Below, one piece after another: positions 47,046-56,119 of a stretch of DNA of 64,000 nt. Under the pieces are notes generated by a model. The model was not told where the DNA came from and searched no databases. It saw nothing but the letters and a program-made list of their open reading frames with translations. The translations under genes and the position numbers were made by a program. Every line of letters starts with the position of its first letter. Position 1 is the stretch's first letter. This DNA is from a bacterium (GTDB lineage: Bacteria > Desulfobacterota > Desulfocorpusculales > Desulfocorpusculum): NCBI GenBank assembly GCA_037481695.1, contig JBBFLE010000020.1, forward strand, positions 1,721 to 65,720, given 5' to 3'.

Positions 47046-48806
47046 ATGAAGGGGTTCGGGATCGAGCATGGTTGGGTTGTGCTTCTAGCGGGGCTGATTT
47101 TCTTCCTGCTTGGGACCTGGGCAAGACAGGCTGAGGCAAAGGAGCAGGGCCAAGTTCAGGTTAAGGCTCGTTTGTTCATCTCAGGACTGGTCCTGGATTC
47201 TCAGTTATCCCCCGTCAAAGATGCGCTGATCCGTGTCTGGGTAGATGGGCAACCTCAATTGCTCATGAGAGCCGGTAAAGAGCTTTGGGAGGTACGTTCC
47301 GCATCAGACGGCTCTTACGTGCTGGAGATGGAGTTAAAAGCTCCACTGGGGGAAAAAAATCGGCTTGAGATGGAGGTCAGCAAACCCTCTTTCATGAGCC
47401 TGCGCATTGTGATGTCCCAGTCAGACTTCGCCTCCAAAGGAGATTTCCTTTTTTTGCACAAGGATGTTTCCCTTCCCAGGAAAGGTGGGCCTGCGCTTTG
47501 GATCACAGTCACTGTTTTCTTGGCGGTTTACCTGCTCATGGCCTTTGAACTCATGCACCGCCTGCTGGCCGTGATGCTTGGAGCGGCTACACTGCTTATG
47601 GTCACTTACACAGCCGGCAGCCTGGATCCAGCTTACAGGATCATCGATTTCCTTGGGGCCATTGAAAACGTGGACATGAACGTCCTACTTCTGTTGCTGG
47701 CCGCCATGGTGATGGTGGGGGTGATCCGCCAAAGTGGAATCTTCCAGTGGGCGATTCGAAGGTGTTATGTGCTTAGCCAAGGCAGAAAGGCCACCTTGGC
47801 GGTGCTGCTGATCTTTCTTTCAGCTGGGGTCTCCACACTGGTGGACAATGCAGCCACCATGGTGCTTCTTACCCCCGCAAGCCTCTTGGTGGCTCAAGCT
47901 CTGCGCATGAATCCCCTGGCCTTGTTGATTCCGCAGGTAATGGCAGCCAATCTTGGAGGCACAGCCACTTTGGTGGGGGACATATCCAACATGATGATAG
48001 GATCCCGCGCAGGATTGAGCTTCACTGCTTTTCTGGAAAACTTAGGCCCGGTATGCGGCCTGGCACTCTTGGCCTTGCTGGTGATGAGCGGGCTTTGGTA
48101 TAGAGGGCAATACAAGAGTGGAAAGGAGCAGGCCGGGGAAGCTCCTAGCTTGGAAGGCCCGGGCGAAATTGAGGATCCGGTGCTTCTGGCCGTGGGGCTT
48201 GGCGTTCTGGGCTCGGTTCTCTTGTTGCTCTTCACCCAGGAATACTGGAACATGGATGCCAGCGTGCCCATGCTGGCAGGTGCTTCGGTATTGTTTGCTT
48301 ACGGGGTCTTGAGCCGCAGGGTTAAGATGATGGAATTTCTAGAGAAAGAGATGGAGTGGCCTACGCTGCTTTTTCTCCTATTTCTTTTCATACTGGTGGG
48401 AGCCCTCAGAGAGGTGGGGGCTCTCTCCTACCTGGCGGAGGCCATCCGTCCCATGTTTTCCACCAGCCCGGGGATAGCTGTTTCCATTTTGCTTTGGGCA
48501 GGCGCCTTGGGAGCCGCCTTCGTGGACAATTTGCCTCTTACTGCAGCCATGTTGCCTGTTGTGGCTCATCTTCAAAGCAGTTTGCCCGAATTGCAGCCCC
48601 AGGTGCTTTGGTGGGCACTGGCCCTGGGAGTTTCTCTGGGCGGGAACGGGACCCTGCTGGGAGGCTCAGCCAATATGGTTGCCATGGGTATAGCCAGTTC
48701 TGCCGGCTATCCAGTAAGCTTTGCAAGATTCATGAGATTCGGTTTTCTTTATATGATAATAAGCGTGGGCATCTGCAATGTTTGGCTGCTATTGTTGTAC
48801 CTTTGA
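47046..48806 (+). CDS. ArsB/NhaD-superfamily permease with an N-terminal extracytoplasmic beta-sandwich-like domain
   Basis: Start refined to ATG 47046 (MKGFGIEHGWVVLLAG..., signal-like). A ~110-aa soluble-looking domain is followed by a ~460-aa polytopic transporter. The upstream 236 codons of the track ORF run antisense to the phosphoesterase gene. Confidence 0.8.
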   Translation: MKGFGIEHGWVVLLAGLIFFLLGTWARQAEAKEQGQVQVKARLFISGLVLDSQLSPVKDALIRVWVDGQPQLLMRAGKELWEVRSASDGSYVLEMELKAPLGEKNRLEMEVSKPSFMSLRIVMSQSDFASKGDFLFLHKDVSLPRKGGPALWITVTVFLAVYLLMAFELMHRLLAVMLGAATLLMVTYTAGSLDPAYRIIDFLGAIENVDMNVLLLLLAAMVMVGVIRQSGIFQWAIRRCYVLSQGRKATLAVLLIFLSAGVSTLVDNAATMVLLTPASLLVAQALRMNPLALLIPQVMAANLGGTATLVGDISNMMIGSRAGLSFTAFLENLGPVCGLALLALLVMSGLWYRGQYKSGKEQAGEAPSLEGPGEIEDPVLLAVGLGVLGSVLLLLFTQEYWNMDASVPMLAGASVLFAYGVLSRRVKMMEFLEKEMEWPTLLFLLFLFILVGALREVGALSYLAEAIRPMFSTSPGIAVSILLWAGALGAAFVDNLPLTAAMLPVVAHLQSSLPELQPQVLWWALALGVSLGGNGTLLGGSANMVAMGIASSAGYPVSFARFMRFGFLYMIISVGICNVWLLLLYL

Positions 48807-48887
48807 GTCCATTGCCCGCTGGCCTTATGCCATGGCAGCTCAAAAGGAGCAGGGCTTCCAAGCCAAATCCCTTGGGGAGGTGAGAGC

Positions 48888-49139
48888 ATGGAGGTGAAGA
48901 TCTACACAACCCCCACATGCCCCTGGTGCAAGAAGGCCAAGGAGTTCCTTTCGCAAAGGGGAGTGAATTACACGGAAATGGATGTCAGCAGCGACCCCAG
49001 GGTTCTGGAAGAGCTGGTAAAGGTTTCAGGAGTGCGAAGTGTGCCGGTCATAACCTGCGGCACAGATGTGCTGGTGGGGTTCGATCCGGCCAGGATGGAG
49101 TCCATAGTAAACTGCGCCAGGCAACACTCGGAGGTATGA
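48888..49139 (+). CDS. Glutaredoxin-like protein (NrdH/YruB type)
   Basis: 83 aa, IYTTPTCPWCKKAKEFL, with the typical Grx fold length. Confidence 0.8.
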   Translation: MEVKIYTTPTCPWCKKAKEFLSQRGVNYTEMDVSSDPRVLEELVKVSGVRSVPVITCGTDVLVGFDPARMESIVNCARQHSEV

Positions 49140-49314
49140 GCCGGGTCTTTGGCAAAACCAAGCCAGCTGGGGGGTTTAGGCTCACATCCCCAGGAAACTT
49201 TGGTTTGTGCACTGACCATGCCATTTCCCAAATAAAAAACGTGAGTATGTCTTATGCAAGGCGGCGGGTGCCGCCCCAGGATCCAGAATTAACTAGGAGG
49301 GATTCACCTTAGGA

Positions 49315-50034
49315 ATGCACAGACCTTTTTACAGCATAGTAATCCCAATTTTCAACGAGAGTGAGAATTTGAGGCCCCTGGCCCAGGGGATCATAGGTGT
49401 CATGGAGTCCATAGGGGAGGAATTCGAGCTCATCTTCGTGGACGACGGCAGTCTGGATCAAACAGTGGAAATCCTGAGAAATCTAAACCAGGAGGATCCC
49501 AGGGTTTGTTACCTCAGGCTGGACGCCAACTCCGGCCAGTCCACTGCTCTTTGGGCTGGTTTGAAGGAAGCAAGAGGCCAGGTGATCATCACCATGGACG
49601 GAGACCTTCAGAACGATCCCCAAGACATACCCTTGCTTTTGAAGAACCTAGAAGATTGCGACGTTGTCACGGGCTGGAGGCAGAAACGAAGAGATCCATG
49701 GCTCAAGAGAGTCTCCACCCGTGTGGCTAACTTCGTGCGAGACATGGTGACAATGGAGCAGATAAGGGACACAGGATGTGGCTTCAAAGCATTCAGGAGA
49801 CACTGCCTGGAGGCCGTAGTGCCCTTTGACGGACTGCACAGATTCTTGCCCACCCTTTTCCGTATGAGGGGCTATAGGGTGAAAGAAGTGCCTGTGTCTC
49901 ATCACCCAAGACGTCACGGGGTCTCCAAATACAATATCCGTAACAGGCTCTTCAGGGGGATCCTGGATCTCCTGGGGGTGCGCTGGCTCAAGAAAAGGAG
50001 GATAAGTTACCAAGTGGTGGAGAGGGCCGGATGA
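49315..50034 (+). CDS. Family 2 glycosyltransferase (polyprenyl-phosphate glycosyltransferase, ArnC/DPM1-like)
   Basis: Motifs IPIFNESENL, VDDGSLD, MDGDLQNDP. Confidence 0.85.
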   Translation: MHRPFYSIVIPIFNESENLRPLAQGIIGVMESIGEEFELIFVDDGSLDQTVEILRNLNQEDPRVCYLRLDANSGQSTALWAGLKEARGQVIITMDGDLQNDPQDIPLLLKNLEDCDVVTGWRQKRRDPWLKRVSTRVANFVRDMVTMEQIRDTGCGFKAFRRHCLEAVVPFDGLHRFLPTLFRMRGYRVKEVPVSHHPRRHGVSKYNIRNRLFRGILDLLGVRWLKKRRISYQVVERAG

Positions 50035-50345
50035 AGCTTTTTTCTGAGCTTTTCAATCCCTGGGTGATCCTGGGCCTGTCTGGGCAGTTGCTCTTTTCCC
50101 TTAGGTTCTTGGTGCAGTGGATAGTCTCGGAAAAAAGACGGGAAAGCGTGATTCCCATCGCCTTCTGGTATCTAAGCTTGGGAGGAAGCCTCATACTTCT
50201 GGCCTATGCCCTCTACAGGCAGGATCTGGTATTTGTGCTGGGCCAGTCCACGGGCTCCTTCATCTACATCAGAAATTTGATGCTCATCTACAAGAGAAGA
50301 AGGCAAGAAAGAGGCGGTTCAGAACAAAAAACCACCTCTTCTTGA
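50031..50345 (+). CDS. Lipid-A-disaccharide synthase N-terminal (LAB_N) domain membrane protein
   Basis: 104 aa with three TM helices (LGLSGQLLFSLRFLVQWIVSEKRRESVIP..FWYLSLGGSLILLAYA). Its start overlaps the GT2 stop by 4 nt. Confidence 0.7.
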   Translation: MKLFSELFNPWVILGLSGQLLFSLRFLVQWIVSEKRRESVIPIAFWYLSLGGSLILLAYALYRQDLVFVLGQSTGSFIYIRNLMLIYKRRRQERGGSEQKTTSS

Positions 50346-50349
50346 AGCT

Positions 50350-51669
50350 TCATGTAGCAGGCACCTCAAGGGCCGGGTGCCAGTACCCGGTTATCTTGGG
50401 CAGCCACAAGGCAAAATCCTGCCAGTAGGTCAAGAGGAACAAGACCGCCATCTGTATCAGTAAAAAGGGCAGAACCGCCTTGGTCACATAGATCAGGTCC
50501 CTCTTGGCTATGGCCCCCACGATGTAAAGGCTCACACCCACGGGGGGAGTGCAGTAACCTATGGCCAGGTTCAAGGTAAAAAGAAGCCCGAAATGCATCA
50601 TGTCTATGTCGAAGACCCTGAGCATGGGGATAAAGATGGGCCCCAGGATGAGGGTTGCGGATATGACATCCATGAACATTCCAATTACGAAGAGCAGCAC
50701 GTTAGCCACAAGCAGGAACATGAAGGGGGAGTGGACCACCGAGAGGACCGCCTCTGCCACCTGATTGGGAATGTTTTGCAGGCTCAAATATCGGCCAAAG
50801 CAGGTGGCTCCCGCCACTATGATGAGAAGAGTGGCTGAGGTCACTGCCGAATTCACAATTACCTTCTTGACTTCTTTGAACTTCATGGACTTGTGTATGA
50901 AGATCTCAACTATGAAGGCGTACACGCATGCCACCACCGCAGCTTCGTTTGCAGTGAAGACCCCGGTGAATATGCCTGCAAAGATGACCACCGGTAGCAA
51001 CAAGGCCCATATGCACTCTCTCATAATCCCCCAGAACTCTTTGAAACTGGGCACAGGAGGCCTCACATAGTCGGCCCTGTTCTTATAGTAGAAGTAAGTG
51101 TAAAGGCAGACCCCCAGAGTGATGAGGATCCCTGGGATGAATCCTGTGAGGAAAAGCCCTTCCACGGACACGTTGGTTATCATGGACCACAGGATCATGC
51201 TTATGCTGGGCGGTATGATTATACCCAGATTCCCTGATGTGGCCATGACTCCTATGGCATATTTCTCCTGATAATGGTACTGGATGAGGGCTGGGATCAT
51301 GAAGCCGCCCAGGGCCACCACGGTGGCCACTGTGGAACCCGAGATGGCCCCGAACATGGCGCAGCCGAGAACCCCTGCCATGCCCAGTCCTCCAGGAAGC
51401 CAGCTTACCATGGCATTGGCGGCCCGGATCAACTTGTCCACAAGGGAACCCGAGGTCATGATGTTTCCGCACAGAATGAAAAAGAGCACCACCACCAAGG
51501 AAAAGTTGTCCATGCTCCTAAACATGGTTTGAATCAAGGTGGCCAGGGGTAGATCCGTGTAAAGCAAGAAGCCCACCACCGCAGCAAAGAAAAGACACAT
51601 GAACACCGGGACCAAAGCAGCCATCCCGCCCAGCACTATGGCCAGGATCACCAGGTGACTAGTCTCCAT
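50350..51669 (-). CDS. dctM: TRAP transporter large permease (DctM family), system 1
   Basis: Polytopic protein, 439 aa from ATG 51669 (METSHLVILAIVLGG). Follows dctQ. Confidence 0.9.
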   Translation of the reverse strand: METSHLVILAIVLGGMAALVPVFMCLFFAAVVGFLLYTDLPLATLIQTMFRSMDNFSLVVVLFFILCGNIMTSGSLVDKLIRAANAMVSWLPGGLGMAGVLGCAMFGAISGSTVATVVALGGFMIPALIQYHYQEKYAIGVMATSGNLGIIIPPSISMILWSMITNVSVEGLFLTGFIPGILITLGVCLYTYFYYKNRADYVRPPVPSFKEFWGIMRECIWALLLPVVIFAGIFTGVFTANEAAVVACVYAFIVEIFIHKSMKFKEVKKVIVNSAVTSATLLIIVAGATCFGRYLSLQNIPNQVAEAVLSVVHSPFMFLLVANVLLFVIGMFMDVISATLILGPIFIPMLRVFDIDMMHFGLLFTLNLAIGYCTPPVGVSLYIVGAIAKRDLIYVTKAVLPFLLIQMAVLFLLTYWQDFALWLPKITGYWHPALEVPAT

Positions 51670-51716
51670 GGGAACTCTCCGCAAAGTGATCTGGGTAAAG
51701 AGCCACCTTCGCTCCC

Positions 51717-52205
51717 TCAGCTTCTTCCTAGTTGGAGGATATCCTCCCGTATGGCCAGAAGGGTCCTAAGCAGCATCATGAATCCCATGAGGGGCATTAT
51801 GCCGAAGAGTACCTCCAGAGGGATTTCCAGGATCAAGGTTGACTGTTTCGTGGCGGCCTGCTGCACAACCACCTCCCAGCCCAAGACCATCATGATCAAA
51901 GAAAAGACTATGGTGGCCCCATGGCTGAAAAATGTAAGGGGGGCTTTCAGCCAGGGCACAAACTGCACCAGGGCGTCTATCTTTATCATGGAGCGATTCT
52001 TGATGGCCGCGCTGCACCCGATGAAGGTGGTGTAGATTATCACCTCCCTCACGAATTCTTCTGACCAGGAAAGGGTGTAATTGAACCCATAGCGCAGGAC
52101 CACGTTGAAGAAAAGAGCAATCAGACAAACCAAGGTCACCAAGAAAAGCGACCACTCCTCGAAAAAACCCAGGATCTTGTCCAGCCAGTAAGCCACTTTC
52201 TGCAT
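51717..52205 (-). CDS. dctQ: TRAP transporter small permease (DctQ family), system 1
   Basis: Start set to ATG 52205 (MQKVAYWLDKILGFFEEW..., RBS GAGGGG). Four TM helices and the VVLRYGF motif. ATG 52247 is an alternative start. The track extension through the G-run (MAGGGGGSPPP) is rejected. Confidence 0.85.
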   Translation of the reverse strand: MQKVAYWLDKILGFFEEWSLFLVTLVCLIALFFNVVLRYGFNYTLSWSEEFVREVIIYTTFIGCSAAIKNRSMIKIDALVQFVPWLKAPLTFFSHGATIVFSLIMMVLGWEVVVQQAATKQSTLILEIPLEVLFGIMPLMGFMMLLRTLLAIREDILQLGRS

Positions 52206-52251
52206 CAAAGCATCCCCTCGGATCTCTAGAGTTGGTTGCAAAAACATGGGC

Positions 52252-52275
52252 GGGGGGCTCCCCCCCCCCCCCCCC
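52252..52275 (-). repeat. G16 homopolymer (coding-strand sense) followed by AG-C6 in the dctP-dctQ spacer
   Basis: The plus strand reads GGGGGG-CT-C16 (G6 at 52252-52257, C16 at 52260-52275). The run length agrees with the supplied ORF translation MAGGGGGSPPPM. It lies between the dctP stop (52288) and the dctQ ATG (52205). Confidence 0.9.
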
Positions 52276-52287
52276 GCCAAGGCACTC

Positions 52288-53376
52288 TCAGGTTCTCTTG
52301 TAGCCCATCAGATCCTGGACTTCCTTTAGATAGTTGTCGAACTTCAGCTTGTCACCCGGATAAAGCTTGTTGATTTCTTCTGCATATTTCTCGTGCACCT
52401 TGTTGCTCAGCTTTCTAAGGGTCTCCATTTCCTCGGCCGACAGCTTGAAGAACTGCACACCGTCCTTCTTGGCTTTCATTATCTCTTCATCTTCTTGAGC
52501 CACGGTCTCCTTCCGGATCTGGGCGCATACCTCATGCACCACCTCCTTGAAGGTCTTCTGAAGGTCGGCCGGGAGAGACTCAAACCATTTCTTGTTGAAG
52601 ATCCATATGAAAAGACCCTGGGCATAGTTGATTTGTGTAAAATTCTTGACCACCTCGAACTTCTTGGTGATGTTGCAAACCATGGGGGTGTGATCCAGTG
52701 CATCTATTACACCCTGTTTCAGGGCCACGTGCACATCAGGCCAAGGCATGACCACAGGTTTCACTCCCCATGCCTCATAGCTCAGCTTGTTGACCGCGGC
52801 CTCGGCGATCCGGATCTTGGTTTTCCTTAGATCCGCTATGGTCTTGATGGGCTCCCTGCTGGCCCATCCATAGTTGCCGTATCCCGTGATGTCCAGGGCC
52901 ATGATGCCTTGATGGTCCATGGCCATGAGGAAGTGATCGAAAAGCTTGCCACTTGCCACGAACTTGTCCAGCTTCTCGAAGGAGTCGATCAAGAAGGGAA
53001 GGTTAACTACCCCGAAGCGTGGCCCCAGGTTTGTGGATGCCACCGAGCTGACGGCCATGCCCTGGATGGTGCCCATTTGAAGCTGGTTGAGCACCTCCAC
53101 CTCCCCACCCAGGATGGAAAAGGGCTTGTAGTCTAGATACATCTGGCCTTTGGTGCGTTCCCAAAGCTTGTCCCTTATAAGGAAACCAGCGTAAACGCCT
53201 TTAAGCACAGGATTGGACACGTTTGAGACCGTAAACTTATACTTGGCCCCAGAGGGATCGAACTTGGGCTTCCAAGCCTCAAGAGGATCCTTCTGCTGGG
53301 CTTGGGCCACCCCTGCCAGAAAAGCCAAACTCACAAAAAGGATCCCAAGAAACGTAAAGGTCTTCCTGAATTCCAT
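52288..53376 (-). CDS. dctP: TRAP transporter substrate-binding protein (DctP family), system 1
   Basis: Start refined to ATG 53376 (RBS GGAGGAGG). Signal peptide MEFRKTFTFLGILFVSLAFLAGVAQA. 362 aa. Confidence 0.9.
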   Translation of the reverse strand: MEFRKTFTFLGILFVSLAFLAGVAQAQQKDPLEAWKPKFDPSGAKYKFTVSNVSNPVLKGVYAGFLIRDKLWERTKGQMYLDYKPFSILGGEVEVLNQLQMGTIQGMAVSSVASTNLGPRFGVVNLPFLIDSFEKLDKFVASGKLFDHFLMAMDHQGIMALDITGYGNYGWASREPIKTIADLRKTKIRIAEAAVNKLSYEAWGVKPVVMPWPDVHVALKQGVIDALDHTPMVCNITKKFEVVKNFTQINYAQGLFIWIFNKKWFESLPADLQKTFKEVVHEVCAQIRKETVAQEDEEIMKAKKDGVQFFKLSAEEMETLRKLSNKVHEKYAEEINKLYPGDKLKFDNYLKEVQDLMGYKRT

Positions 53377-53598
53377 GGGTGCCTCCTCCTTTCGGTGAAA
53401 TCCTTCACCCTTTTGTTTTGCAGCCGTTTTTTTGTTCGCTACAGACCCAAGGCGTCGCGGTCCGTCAATGGGCCGTTGCTCTTTTCCAAGAAAGCTCCCC
53501 CACTGCTTCAGGATGCCGGTCCTCGCTTCATCACCTCCCCAGGCCGGCACATGTCTGTTTACAGGCTTTCAGCCCTGCTATCTCTTGGGTGTGGTGTG

Positions 53599-53646
53599 TG
53601 TATACATTCTGGGCATATGGCTTGTCAAGCTTTTTTTGACTTGAAG
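53599..53646 (-). promoter_or_regulatory. Sigma-70-type promoter for dctP (system 1) embedded in a conserved bipartite motif
   Basis: Minus strand: CTTCAAGTCAA-aaaa-AGCTTGACAAG. -35 TTGACA (53628-53623), 18-nt spacer, -10 TATACA (53604-53599). The same two 11-mers recur at 61852-61880. Confidence 0.55.
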
Positions 53647-53712
53647 CCCACTCAGGCATCGGTTATTTTGGTGCCGGGTAATCCTTTCTCACTCAGTAAA
53701 CGAGCGGTTTCC

Positions 53713-56112
53713 ATGGCCGAAGAAGCCCATACCATCTCTTTGGAGATTGCCCAGGAAGAGCAAAGAGCCCTTTCCGAGGAGGAAATGCGCCTCCACAGGG
53801 AAAGGTACAGGGTCTTCATAGAAGAGGTGGCAGACGGCTTCTACGAGGTGGATTTAAGGGGCAATTTTACCTTTTTCAACGATGCTCTTTCTCGCATATT
53901 CGGTTACCCCAAGAAAGAGATTCAAGGTCGTAACTACAGGGCTTTCATGGATGAGGCCAACGCCCGCTTCGTCTTCGAGAACTTCAATAGGATCTACAGA
54001 ACAGGCCAGGGTGTAACTGATCTGGTCTGGGAGATAACCCGAAAAGATGGGGAAAGGCGTGTGCTTGAGGTATCAGCCAGCCTCATGCGGGATGACCAGG
54101 GGGAAAGGATAGGTTTCAGGGGTATTGCCAGAGATATAACCGAGAAGCACAAGGCAAGCCTGGCCCTGAGGGAGTCTGAGCAGAGGGCCTATGAACAATT
54201 TCTGGCCAGCCGAAGGGCCGAGAAACGTTACAGGATGCTCTTGGACTTCTTACCGGATCCAGTGGCTGTCTTCAACATGGACAACACCGTTTCGTACGTG
54301 AATCCGGCCTTTGTCAAGGTTTTCGGTTGGACTCTCCAAGAGCTGGAAGGCAGGATCTTGCCCTTTGTGCCTCAGCACCTGGTTCAGGAGACAAGAGATG
54401 GGCTCAAAAGGCTGCTCAAGGAAAAGGTGATCCAGGGATTCCAGACCCAGAGACTCACCAAGGAGGGAAAACTCAAGGAAGTGGTTTTGGGAGGGGCCCT
54501 TTTCTATGACGAGAAAGGAGAGCCTTCCGGGCAGGTGGTGATCCTCAGGGATGTGACAGAAGAGAATCGGGTGGCTCGCACCAACCAGACCCTCTTTCGC
54601 ATCAGCATGGCCCTTCCCCGGTTCTGGAAACTGGAAGAAAGACTCGAGTACATCATCCGGGAGGTCAAAGAGCTCATTGGGGTGGAAGGGGCTTCGGTGA
54701 TCCTCTTGGACGAAGAAAAGAATGAGTGCTATTTTCCGGTGGCCACATACGACGATGCGGAAACCGGCCGAAGGATGACGGAAATAAGATTTCCTGCCCA
54801 AAGGGGTGTGGCCGGCCAGGTGCTGCGAACCGGAGAGCCCATCATCGTTCACGACACTTCCAAGAATCCACATTTCTTCAAGAGAGTGGACGAACAAGCC
54901 GGCTATGAGACCCGTAACATGCTGGATGTCCCCATTCGCACAGAAGACAAAATCATAGGGGTGCTCTGCGCCGTGAATAAAAAGGAGGGGCCCTTCGACC
55001 AGAGGGATGTGGAGCTATTGAGTGCCGTGGCCAGCACCGTGGCTTTCCCCATAGAAAACGCCCGCATAGCCGAGCAATTGAAGCGCTCCTATGAAGAGGT
55101 AAAGAACCTCAATCGGGCCAAAGACAAAGTGATTCACCACCTGTCCCATGAACTCAAGACTCCTTTGTCGGTTCTGTCGGCATCTCTGGCGCTTTTGGGA
55201 AGGCGGCCAGCTCCCAATGATGACCCTTCCTGGCAAAGAGCCCTGGAGAGGGCCCAGAGGAACCTGGCCCGAATGCTGGAGATCCAATATCAGATCGAGG
55301 ACATCATGCGGGAGAGGGATTTCAGGGTTCAAGGGATGCTTTTGTCCCTCCTGGAGGTCTGCGCCGACGAGCTGGAGGCCCTCGTAGCCCTGGAAACCGG
55401 TGGAGAGAAGTTGAGCGACAGGATCAGGAGGCGTATTCAGGATATCTTTGGCCTGGTGCCCTCTCCCAGAGAAAGGATCCTGCTCAAGGAGTTCCTGGAA
55501 AAGCTTTTGGAGGAGCTTAGGCCTAAGTTCTCCCATAGGAAGGTGGAGTTGCTAACAAGACTTGATCCTGGAGTGCCGCCTGTGCTTCTTCCCCCGGATG
55601 TTCTAAGAAAGGTGGTGGAAGGAGTAATCCGCAATGCCATAGAGAACACACCAGATGGTGGTAAGGTGGAGTTGATCCTCCACGCGGCTCAGCAAAGGGC
55701 GGTCCTGGAGGTGAGGGACTGGGGTGTGGGAATAACCCCAGAGGATCAACTCCTTATTTTCAAGGGGCCTTTTACCACCAAGGAGACTCTCCATTATTCC
55801 TCCCGCAGACCATATGATTTCAATGCCGGGGGCAAGGGCTTGGATCTGTTTCGAGCCAAGGTCTTCTCTGAAAGGTATGGTTTTGATATCAGACTGGAGT
55901 CCAGAAGGTGCTCTTTTATTCCCAGGGAAGAGGATCTCTGCCCAGGAGAAATAGCCCAATGTGCCCATTGCAAAAGCCCTGAGCAATGTTTTGCATCAGG
56001 CACCACCAGGGTGATAATGGAGTTTCCTGCGGCCCCTGGCCCCACAGAGCAGCCCGGTTCCTGGATGGGGGCTGGAAATCTCTCCCATGATGTCCTGGAT
56101 GAAAAGGAGTGA
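53713..56112 (+). CDS. Cytoplasmic PAS-PAS-GAF sensor histidine kinase
   Basis: Two PAS domains, a GAF domain, H-box HHLSHELKTPL and a HATPase domain. Start set to ATG 53713, because the upstream part of the track ORF is antisense to dctP and its promoter. Start uncertain. Confidence 0.85.
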   Translation: MAEEAHTISLEIAQEEQRALSEEEMRLHRERYRVFIEEVADGFYEVDLRGNFTFFNDALSRIFGYPKKEIQGRNYRAFMDEANARFVFENFNRIYRTGQGVTDLVWEITRKDGERRVLEVSASLMRDDQGERIGFRGIARDITEKHKASLALRESEQRAYEQFLASRRAEKRYRMLLDFLPDPVAVFNMDNTVSYVNPAFVKVFGWTLQELEGRILPFVPQHLVQETRDGLKRLLKEKVIQGFQTQRLTKEGKLKEVVLGGALFYDEKGEPSGQVVILRDVTEENRVARTNQTLFRISMALPRFWKLEERLEYIIREVKELIGVEGASVILLDEEKNECYFPVATYDDAETGRRMTEIRFPAQRGVAGQVLRTGEPIIVHDTSKNPHFFKRVDEQAGYETRNMLDVPIRTEDKIIGVLCAVNKKEGPFDQRDVELLSAVASTVAFPIENARIAEQLKRSYEEVKNLNRAKDKVIHHLSHELKTPLSVLSASLALLGRRPAPNDDPSWQRALERAQRNLARMLEIQYQIEDIMRERDFRVQGMLLSLLEVCADELEALVALETGGEKLSDRIRRRIQDIFGLVPSPRERILLKEFLEKLLEELRPKFSHRKVELLTRLDPGVPPVLLPPDVLRKVVEGVIRNAIENTPDGGKVELILHAAQQRAVLEVRDWGVGITPEDQLLIFKGPFTTKETLHYSSRRPYDFNAGGKGLDLFRAKVFSERYGFDIRLESRRCSFIPREEDLCPGEIAQCAHCKSPEQCFASGTTRVIMEFPAAPGPTEQPGSWMGAGNLSHDVLDEKE

Positions 56113-56119
56113 TAAGGGC

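Noticed and set aside
52206-52280. N-terminal MAGGGGGSPPPMFLQPTLEIRGDAL extension of dctQ through the G16 run
   Set aside because: It needs a TTG start only 7 nt after the dctP stop, with no RBS. The poly-Gly is just the translated homopolymer. The ATG at 52205 has an RBS and gives a canonical DctQ N-terminus.
53302-53712. 137-codon N-terminal extension of the PAS/GAF kinase ORF
   Set aside because: It overlaps the dctP start antisense, and it also overlaps the dctP promoter and leader. The sequence is low-complexity with no TM or sensor motif.
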